From positions 1 to 53,017 of the forward strand of contig JAZRQH010000166.1 of assembly GCA_045649645.1 (NCBI GenBank): 53,017 nt of DNA, given 5' to 3'. Position 1 is the stretch's first letter, and every line of letters starts with the position of its first letter. The notes below the pieces were generated by a model. It was not told where the DNA came from and did no database searches. It saw only the letters and a list, made by a program, of their open reading frames with translations. This document shows positions 44,261-52,500 of the stretch, piece after piece. The translations under genes were made by a program, and so were the position numbers. This DNA comes from Eubacteriales bacterium (GTDB lineage Bacteria; Bacillota; Clostridia; Oscillospirales; CAG-272).

Positions 44261-47152
44261 TTATTCCTTAATTATTCCAAATTTTTTAAGTGCGTATCTG
44301 TCGGTATAACCGTCACACTTGTCGCCGTCCCATTCTTTTTCAAACGCAAACTGGTCGGGGGAAGCATAAACCTCAATATCATTACGGTGATGAACACCAA
44401 GCAGATTGAAGTTGGAGGTATAAACTCTTACGCCGATCTTGTCACCGACCTTGAGCTCGTTGAGAGTGCAATGCTTGTTGAAGAGGATCTTCTTCACAAG
44501 CGCGCCGTTTACGTATACGTCTGCGCAGATATACGAGCCCTCAAGCCAAAGCTCCTTGCCGCCGCCGGTATACTCTGCCTCAAGCATAATACTGCCTGTA
44601 AGGAAGGGATAACCGCTTTCTGTAATGTTAGTAAGATCGATAGAATTTTCAGACTTCTTGATCGAGAAGGAGCCGGTATATGCTATGTATTCGTGAGGAT
44701 GGTAAGCAAACTTGTCTTTTTCGGTATTTACCTCAAAGTCACCGAAGAGGTAGATAGATTCTATCTCTGTATCAAAGCAGAGACAGTTACGTAGCGACTC
44801 GGATACACCGCCGTAGAGAACGTAGTAAACGTAATCTCTCTGGAAGTAGTCGATCTCGCATACGATGTCGTTGATTCCTTGCTTAAGAAGAGAGGTTATG
44901 TTGTTTGCGGAGATGTGTCTGTCAAGCCACCAGTTGTCGCTTAACTCGATCTCGGTGCCGTTTACATAAACCTTCTGTGAGGCCAGTCTCTCTATTGCAC
45001 AGGACATATCTGCGGGAACAGATTTCAGATCAAACTCAAACTTGATCCAGAGCTTTCCTTCGTAGCGTTCAGAGAGAAGATTATCCTTTATACGTACGAT
45101 AGGACGGATATCTGTATATTTCTTTCCGTCATAGGAAACACGTGCGTAGTCAAGGGTAAAGGTATTCTCGATCTTTTCTGCAACTTCAAAGGGGGTGTGC
45201 TCTGCAGGAGTGAGATCCTTTTTGCCTGTGTACTCGCATTCTTCCTCGTAGAGAATATAAGACTGCACTTTTTCAAAATCAAGTGTAAAGCTAATGCCGT
45301 CATCGGTCTTGGTATAATTTATACCTTGGGGCTCAAGCGTTGCCATATCTATGATAGACATACAGTCAACACCCTTGATTTCAAACTTAACGTCCTTGTA
45401 CTCTTCTTTGTGAGAGAGGTTGAGAATGTAGTAGAGACGCTTGCCGTCCACACGTCTGCTCTGAATTCTGATGTTAAGCGCTTCTGCGCCGTTATAGGTT
45501 ACCTTGAGCTCGTTTTCGTCGCAGTAGTCGCCTATGGTGCAGTTAGGCTTAAGCCAGCTAAGGTCGGCTTTTCTGCCTTCTATATGCGTGGGAAGGGTAT
45601 CACCGTAGAGAGCAAGCTTGCCGCCGTTTGCAAGATACTGCTTAAGAAGATCAGCGGTAGACTGATCGAGAGTCTGTGTCATAGGGAGAACTACCTTGTC
45701 GTAGGTGCAGTTTCCTATAATTATCTTGTTACCCTCAACTCTGCCGTACTTTCTCATAAGTGTTTCATCGCCGTAGTGGTAGAATAGCTGATTCTGTGAC
45801 AGACAGTTTGTACAGCCCGCAAAGTTTGCTTCAAGGGATGCAAGCTCGTTTGTCATAACGTCTCTGAAATAAACCATATACGCAGAGCGGATAGGGTGGA
45901 TAACGAGGATGTCGGCCTTTTCTTCACCGCGCGAGAGGGTATAACCGAGGTTATTGAAATATTCGTTGAATTCCTTGAGGGAGGACTGCCATGTAGAGTG
46001 CTCTGAATAGAAAGCAGGATAGTCACGCTTACGCTGCCCTCTGATAGAAACGGGATAGAGGTGCTGGCACATAAAGTTAACGCCGCCGTAATACTGATGC
46101 TCAGCAACCTGCTTTAATTGCATGGGCTTGATATCCCAACCGCAGCAAGCAAACATCTCGGACATTACCTTCTTTCTGCCCATCTGTGCAGCTACAGAGC
46201 CGACCTGCTTGTGAGAGATATCGTTACCGGTACCCTTGCCGAGGTAGTCAACACCGGGGATTGACATATATTCATAGAAGGGCATAATACCGCCGCAGCA
46301 CCACATCTGACCTACAAGTGCCTTTTCCTCGATAGCGTGACCTGTTATCTGTGCACCGTTTTCCTCGCACCACTCGTATATTATCTTGATAAAGTTTTCG
46401 GTAAAAAGCTCGTTACACAGCTTGTAGTAATCGAATCTGAATTCCTCGGAGCCTTCGTAATCAACAAAGAGTGCAAGCAGACCGTCAAGCACATCATAGC
46501 CGTAACGGGGCTCAAACTCAGTATACATCATGTCAGACCATACGGTATGCCATCTGTAATACTGAGGCTCGTCGGTAAAGAATCCGGGCATAGCCTTGCC
46601 GAACTCATCTCCGCAACGCTTCTTGTAGTCTTCGTAGGTAGCCTCTATAAACTCCCTTGCGATACGGGGGTTCATGGTATCAACGTAGGAGGAGTCTGCT
46701 CGGCGATAAAGCGTATGATATTCCTTGGCGCCGCAATCAACCTTCACTCTTGTGCACTTGTTATCCTCAAGGATATATACCGCTAGTGCCTCTGTATCAA
46801 AATGATCAAGTATTTGGTAATCAAGCCAATGAGCGTAGTTTTCGTCACATGTAAGGAGCTTGCCGCCTGCAAATCCGCTGGGCCATCCGTTTTCGTCATA
46901 GGACCAAGCTTCCATATCGAGCTTCTTCGCTTCCTCGATACAAGCGTTGATGCAGTCGTACCATTCGTCACTTAAGTACTCGGTCTCAAGGCCGCTTCTC
47001 GCGTGCATAAAGAAGCCCTTCATACCAAGTCTCTTCATATCGTGGATCTGTCTTATGAGATCCTCTTTTTTAAGCTTGTCGTTCCAGCTCCAGAAGGGAA
47101 TTGAACCGTATTCATAGCTGTTTTTCCTGATGTCTTCAATAAACTTTTTCAT
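44261..47152 (-). CDS. large cytoplasmic glycoside hydrolase-like protein (TIM-barrel N-terminal domain plus beta-sandwich/jelly-roll domains; GH106-like impression)
   Basis: 963 aa. The N-terminus GSIPFWSWNDKLKKEDLIRQIHDMKRLGMKGFFMHARSGL...WSYDENGWPSGFAGG resembles proteins annotated as glycosylhydrolase-like jelly-roll proteins. The family assignment is uncertain. Confidence 0.6.
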   Translation of the reverse strand: MKKFIEDIRKNSYEYGSIPFWSWNDKLKKEDLIRQIHDMKRLGMKGFFMHARSGLETEYLSDEWYDCINACIEEAKKLDMEAWSYDENGWPSGFAGGKLLTCDENYAHWLDYQILDHFDTEALAVYILEDNKCTRVKVDCGAKEYHTLYRRADSSYVDTMNPRIAREFIEATYEDYKKRCGDEFGKAMPGFFTDEPQYYRWHTVWSDMMYTEFEPRYGYDVLDGLLALFVDYEGSEEFRFDYYKLCNELFTENFIKIIYEWCEENGAQITGHAIEEKALVGQMWCCGGIMPFYEYMSIPGVDYLGKGTGNDISHKQVGSVAAQMGRKKVMSEMFACCGWDIKPMQLKQVAEHQYYGGVNFMCQHLYPVSIRGQRKRDYPAFYSEHSTWQSSLKEFNEYFNNLGYTLSRGEEKADILVIHPIRSAYMVYFRDVMTNELASLEANFAGCTNCLSQNQLFYHYGDETLMRKYGRVEGNKIIIGNCTYDKVVLPMTQTLDQSTADLLKQYLANGGKLALYGDTLPTHIEGRKADLSWLKPNCTIGDYCDENELKVTYNGAEALNIRIQSRRVDGKRLYYILNLSHKEEYKDVKFEIKGVDCMSIIDMATLEPQGINYTKTDDGISFTLDFEKVQSYILYEEECEYTGKKDLTPAEHTPFEVAEKIENTFTLDYARVSYDGKKYTDIRPIVRIKDNLLSERYEGKLWIKFEFDLKSVPADMSCAIERLASQKVYVNGTEIELSDNWWLDRHISANNITSLLKQGINDIVCEIDYFQRDYVYYVLYGGVSESLRNCLCFDTEIESIYLFGDFEVNTEKDKFAYHPHEYIAYTGSFSIKKSENSIDLTNITESGYPFLTGSIMLEAEYTGGGKELWLEGSYICADVYVNGALVKKILFNKHCTLNELKVGDKIGVRVYTSNFNLLGVHHRNDIEVYASPDQFAFEKEWDGDKCDGYTDRYALKKFGIIKE

Positions 47153-47182
47153 AAGTCTTCCGTCCTTATATATAGTTAATTT

Positions 47183-47211
47183 ATTTTACCATATTTATTT
47201 ACTTTAGTCAA
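47183..47211 (-). promoter_or_regulatory. sigma-A type promoter candidate TTGACT-17-TAAAAT (TG-extended) for the GH/Sel1 operon
   Basis: The reverse complement reads TTGACT AAAGTAAATAAATATGG TAAAAT. Confidence 0.5.
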
Positions 47212-47221
47212 TGATTTAAGG

Positions 47222-47250
47222 TTGACAAGATTAATAAAAACAAGTAACAT
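47222..47250 (+). promoter_or_regulatory. sigma-A type promoter candidate TTGACA-17-TAACAT for the amidase-domain gene
   Basis: TTGACA at 47222-47227 and a weaker -10 TAACAT at 47245-47250. Confidence 0.4.
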
Positions 47251-47277
47251 ATAGATATAGAATTGATGGAGTGCTAT

Positions 47278-48576
47278 ATGAAAAAACTGATACTTTTGAT
47301 GCTTACGATACTTATGACATTTTGTGCCTGCAAAGTCGAAAAAACTCCTGTACAGTACACACCCGATACAGATGAGATAGTTATCGAAGAAGAAAAGAAT
47401 AGCGTAGAAATAAACTTTGTAAATAATAATTCCTATACAGAGCTCGGTATAACCGAGGGAATGAACTCTGTTATCAAGGAATTCTTTATAAGATATTTTT
47501 CTTCCTTCGGTGATTTTACTGATAATACCTTTGACGATATATACTATTTTGATACCGAATATGAGCGCGGTATAATAAATACCATGGTCGCTTACCAAAA
47601 TCAGATTCGCCGAGATATGGCCATAGACTTAGGCTATAACACAGCTACCGTCGGAGTTACCTACCGATCGGTCACCGAAACTCATGAAGGCTATGACGTG
47701 TATTTGGTGCAGAACGACAGTATGAATTATAAATTTGTATCTGATATAACGTCATATACAAGCGATATCGAGCACCATTTTATATTAAAGGAGATCGACG
47801 GTGAGTATTACATAGTTAAGCACACTGAGATCACCGGCGTATACGAGCTTATAACCGAGAGGTATGACAGCTACCTGAGAGAAAATAAACTAACCCTTGC
47901 CAATCTCACTTCTTCACAGGTAAGTGATACTTTAGAACTGCTTAAAGATAAGCTTGTATCGGATGTTACAAAAGAACTGAAAGCTATTACAGCTCAGAGA
48001 GACGAATATAATCGTGATCCCGATTCATACGCCACAACTTTGGCTGCTGATAATCAGTATAATGTTGAAAAAGCTCTTGAATACTCATATGAATGGGTCG
48101 GACAGGTGGAGTACAAGCGTAATCCTGCCTTTACCGCATACGATATTTACGGAGGTAACTGTAATAACTATACCTCACAGTGTCTTCTTGCAGGCGGTAT
48201 ACCCATGGATCTGCAGGGTAAGCAATGGAAGTGGTACGGTGAGGATATCAACAATACAGGAGGACGTATCGGCAGATCATCGAGCTGGGCTGCTTGTGAG
48301 TATTTTTATGAATACTGTAATGAAAATACAGGCTTTGGGCTTGTGTGCGATACCGCAGGTAATCTCTACAGCGGAAATCCCGGAGATATAATTCAATACG
48401 TTTCTGACGGTGTGAGTGTACATTCGGTTATTATTACAAAGGTAATTTATGACAGCAACGGCAACGTTGTAGATTACCTTATCAATTCCAATACTACCGA
48501 TAAGATAGATTGTCCCATGAGTCTGTACGGATATACGGATTTCAGACTCATTAAAATAATAGGATATAACAATTAA
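47278..48576 (+). CDS. lipoprotein with C-terminal putative amidase (papain-like, Amidase_6-type) domain
   Basis: Lipobox (LMLTILMTFCAC). C-terminal YGGNCNNYTSQCLLAGGIPMD...SSWAACEYFYEY...GDIIQY...HSVIITKV fits the putative amidase domain. ATG 47278 is preferred. Confidence 0.72.
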   Translation: MKKLILLMLTILMTFCACKVEKTPVQYTPDTDEIVIEEEKNSVEINFVNNNSYTELGITEGMNSVIKEFFIRYFSSFGDFTDNTFDDIYYFDTEYERGIINTMVAYQNQIRRDMAIDLGYNTATVGVTYRSVTETHEGYDVYLVQNDSMNYKFVSDITSYTSDIEHHFILKEIDGEYYIVKHTEITGVYELITERYDSYLRENKLTLANLTSSQVSDTLELLKDKLVSDVTKELKAITAQRDEYNRDPDSYATTLAADNQYNVEKALEYSYEWVGQVEYKRNPAFTAYDIYGGNCNNYTSQCLLAGGIPMDLQGKQWKWYGEDINNTGGRIGRSSSWAACEYFYEYCNENTGFGLVCDTAGNLYSGNPGDIIQYVSDGVSVHSVIITKVIYDSNGNVVDYLINSNTTDKIDCPMSLYGYTDFRLIKIIGYNN

Positions 48577-48598
48577 AAGGCGGCATCTGCCGCCTTTT
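48575..48598. terminator. bidirectional terminator between the amidase-domain gene and sigG
   Basis: AAAAGGCGG-CATCTG-CCGCCTTTT. Confidence 0.85.
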
Positions 48599-49391
48599 AA
48601 AAATCCTTTCGCATCTGTTCGATTGCGCCCTTTTCCACTCTTGATACCTGTGCCTGTGATATACCTATCTCCTCTGCGATCTCCATCTGTGTCTTACCTT
48701 CGAAGAATCGCATTGATATAATAGACTTTTCTCTGTCTGTAAGCTTTCTTATTGCTTCGGAAAGCGCAATGTTTTCAAGCCACACCTCGTCGCCGGATGC
48801 TTTGTCGCTTATCTGGTCAAGAACGTACAGCGAGTCTCCGCTGCCTTGATCGTTATATACCGGTTCGTACAGTGAAACGGGGTCTACTATGGCTTCGAGA
48901 GCTGCAGTTACTTTATCGACCGTACAATCAATATCTGCGCTTTTCATATATTCGGTTATTTCACTTACCGTCGGCTCACGGTCCATCTTTTTAGAGAGCT
49001 TTTCCTTTGCCGCCAGGGCGTGATATGCAAGATCCCTTACCGATCTGCTTACCCGTATCATATTATTGTCTCTGAGATATCTTCTGACCTCGCCGATTAT
49101 CATAGGAACGGCATAAGTGCTGAATTTAACGTCAAGATCTGTATTGAAATTGTCAACAGCCTTTATCAGTCCGACACAACCTACTTGAAAGAGGTCGTCG
49201 GGATTTTCTCCCCTGTTGCCAAAACGTTGTATTATACTTAAAACTAAACGGAGATTTGAGTCAATAAGCTTTTGTCTTGCAATCATATCTCCGTTTTTTG
49301 TTTTTATCAGTAATTCTTTCTTTTCGTCGTCCGAGATGGTTTTAAGTTCAGCGGTGTTGACCCCGCAGATTTCAACTTTATTATAATACAT
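48597..49391 (-). CDS. sigG: RNA polymerase sporulation sigma factor SigG
   Basis: N-terminal NKVEICGVNTAELK, LRLVLSIIQRFGNRGENPDDLFQVGCVGLIKAVDNF, FSTYAVPMIIGEVRRYLRDNNMIRVSRS and GISQAQVSRVEK track B. subtilis SigG much better than SigF. Confidence 0.9.
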   Translation of the reverse strand: MYYNKVEICGVNTAELKTISDDEKKELLIKTKNGDMIARQKLIDSNLRLVLSIIQRFGNRGENPDDLFQVGCVGLIKAVDNFNTDLDVKFSTYAVPMIIGEVRRYLRDNNMIRVSRSVRDLAYHALAAKEKLSKKMDREPTVSEITEYMKSADIDCTVDKVTAALEAIVDPVSLYEPVYNDQGSGDSLYVLDQISDKASGDEVWLENIALSEAIRKLTDREKSIISMRFFEGKTQMEIAEEIGISQAQVSRVEKGAIEQMRKDF

Positions 49392-49418
49392 TGAGAAGTC
49401 CTCCGTTAATACTGTTAA

Positions 49419-49449
49419 AAGTATTGACAGAGGACTTTATCTGTTATAC
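49419..49449 (-). promoter_or_regulatory. possible forespore (sigma-F/G type) promoter GTATA-18-CAATACTT upstream of sigG
   Basis: The minus strand has GTATA (49445-49449), an 18-nt spacer, then CAATACTT. This is only a partial match to the remembered consensus (GHATR / CATxxTA). Confidence 0.25.
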
Positions 49450-49467
49450 AAGCAAGTATTGGCAATA

Positions 49468-49497
49468 AAATAAACGGCTAAATTCAGCCGTTTATTT
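49468..49497 (-). terminator. terminator of the SLH-esterase gene
   Basis: AAATAAACGGCT-AAATTC-AGCCGTTTATTT, 5 nt after the stop codon on the minus strand. Confidence 0.75.
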
Positions 49498-49501
49498 TGT
49501 G

Positions 49502-52500
49502 TTAGTTTTTGTAATCAACAAACGCTACAGCGGGAATTACTCTTCCGATAGCGTTATTATAGCTGCCGAGAGTAACCTGTGCATAGAACATAGCTTCTGT
49601 ATTTCTGTTGTAACGTACACCTTCGATTACGCCGCCGTCATATTCAACGGTTACGGTGTCATTGTCGGTGATTACAGCATCAAGATACTCGATCCACTGA
49701 CCGTTGACAAGGATCTCTAAACCAAAGATTATCTCGTCACCCGACTCATCAAAGGATCTGAGACCGTCTGCAACGTAGTTGAAGTTGATCTCAACGGTGT
49801 TGTCGTCAACGTAGTTTACGTCCTTGAGAACAGGACCTGATGTATAGTTGATATCATAGCCCTCGATATCATAGCCTACAGACAGAGCCATATTTGCAAG
49901 ACGGGCAGCCTGAAGATGCTTGATGTAGGGATGAATGTTATTCTCCCAGTTTACGTCGTAGAAGAAATCCGAACATGCTACAACGTAGGAGTTATCAAGT
50001 ATCTGAGGAACTATACCAACCTCGGTACGAACTGCACCTGTGGGGATATAATGCTGTATCTTGTTAGGATTGTAGCTGGGGAAGCAGGAGGGGAATTCCA
50101 TAATATAAACAGGGAAATCTCTGTTGCCCATATGCTCACGGTAATAGGTCATAAGCTCAGCAAACTGTGTCTGGAAGGTGCCCTTGGAGGAATCAAGCAG
50201 AGTTTCTCTCGTGCTTGCCCAGTCGCTTTCGCCCTGATACCAGAGGATACCTGCGGTGGAGAAGTTGATAAGAGGATAGATCTGCTGGTTATAAGCAAAT
50301 CTTGTATACATTGTGGGGTTCGCAAGATCACCTGTAGCGTAACCCTCCATATTTACACCCTTGAGGTAGTAGAAATACTGACCCGTAGCCTCGTTATAAG
50401 CTTCGGTGCCCCATTTTTCCGCAAGCTCGTTGGGAGCAAACGCGATCAGAGGGAAGCCTGAAGCATCGATCTCTATAACGCCGATAGGAGTATCTGTTAC
50501 CTCGGACATATTATATGCAAAGAGGTAACCGAGAGCGGAGAACACCTCGGAGCTTGCAATAGCTCTGGGGAAGTTGTTGATATCTGCGGGATAGTTGGAA
50601 TCGTAATCCATCTTAACGTCAGAGGGCTTCTGCCAACCCTTGGGTACCTCAGCGTCCTTGTACAGAGTTACCGTACCCTGAGCACGGTCGCCTGTATTGG
50701 TCATATGATAGGTGTTGGAGTTACGGAAAAATCTGATGTCTCTTTCATCGTTAAAGTCGAATACAACGTCGTCCTCAAATCTCTTTGTGATGGAGTCTAT
50801 CTTCATTTCAAGAAGACTGTAGTGAACGTTGGACTGACCGATAACGTAGTATACGTCACCGAAAAGTACGTCCTTGTACGCTTCCTCGTCGTTTACGTAT
50901 ATGCTTGTTCCGTTTGTATCAACAGGGAAGGTCTCGGAGAAGGTTACCTTCCACTCGCCCTTCTTTATCTCTGCAAATGCTGTTTTGCCGTTGATAGCTA
51001 CCTTAACGTACTTTCCGTTTTCAGAGGCGGGCGCCCAACCCCATACAGAGCAGGGCTCGTCCTTCTGAAGTATCATATTGTCGGAAAATGCCTTGGAAAC
51101 GGTATATTCGGAAGCGAGATTGGTGTTAGGGTCGACAGGGCCGATGGGATCATCGGGCTGTTCAGGCTCTGTGTTTTCGTGCCAAAAGTCGATGAACGCA
51201 ACAGCAGGAACACCCTCAGAGTTACCCAGTGTAAGAGATACGCGGAATATAGCCCAAGGAGTTCTGTTGTAGCGAACAGCGTCGATCTTGCCGCCGTCGT
51301 ACTTGACGGTTACAGTATCCTCGTCGGTGATAACTGCATCTTCACAGCTGATCCATGCGCCGTTTACAAGGATCTCAAAGCCGAGAAGAACGTCCTCGCC
51401 TGTTTCGTCAAAGACCTTAAGACCGTCACCCACATAGTTGAAATTAAGCTCAACAGTATTGTCGTCAACGTACTTAGAGTTATCAAGCACGGGACCGGAG
51501 GTGTAGTTGATGTCGTATCCGTCTACGTCATAGTTGCCGGTAGAAAGCGCGATGTTTGTCAAACGCTCTGCCTGCCAATGCTTGATGTAGGGGTGGATGT
51601 TATTAAGCCAGGTGTTATCGTCAAAGTAGTCAGAGGAGGATACGATATAGGAATCGTCAAGTACCTGAGGTATTGTACCAAGCTCTGCTCTTACAGAACC
51701 GAAGTCAAAGTAGGAGAGTGCGGTACCCTGATAGGTACCCTCGAAGCAGGAGGGATATTCCATGATATATACGGGGAAATCATCATTACCCATATGCTCA
51801 CGGAAATAGGTCATAAGCTCAGTAAACTGATTTGTGAAGGTGTTTGTATAGTTAGCACCCATTATCTCACGGCAGTTGATCCAGTCGCTCTCTCCCTGAT
51901 ACCAGAGGATACCTGCGGTAGAGAAGTTAATGAGAGGATAAAGCTGCTGGTTGTATGCAAATCTTGTCTTGAGATAATCGGCTATAAGACCGTTACAGTT
52001 GTAGTAATATGTACCCGTAGCGGGGTCGTATGCCTCGTGGCCCCACTTTTCGGCAAGCTCGTTGGGAGCAAAGGAGATCAGGGGATGACCGGAAGCGTCG
52101 ATCTCGATTACGCCTATCGGTACGTCTGTCTCGTTTGACATATTATATGCAAAGAGATAACCGAGGGCAGAGAAAACCTCTGCGCTTACTGCGTTGCGGT
52201 CAAATCCGTTCTGGGAAGAAGGCTTAAAGCTATCAAAGGGAGCTACCTGTTTGCCGATGTCGGAGGGAGTCTGCCATGATTCGCCGTGGTATACGTCTTC
52301 AAAGAGCTTGTCTGTTCCGCGAGCATCCTCGCCGGTGAAATTGTAGTCGGTGTTGGATATTCTGAAGAAACGCAGATCTCTGTTGTCGTCGTAATCCACC
52401 TCAAGTGTGTTACGAAGATTTTTATAGTTGAGGTCGATTATAAGCTCAGCAAGGCTGTAATAAGCATTGGACTGACCGAAGATATAGTACATATCGCCAA

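Noticed and set aside
50705-52138. 477-aa plus-strand ORF inside the esterase gene
   Set aside because: It is the mirror frame of the minus-strand SASA-like gene (same codon phase), which has unmistakable family motifs. The antisense product is Val/Gly/Cys-rich with no RBS or recognisable domain.
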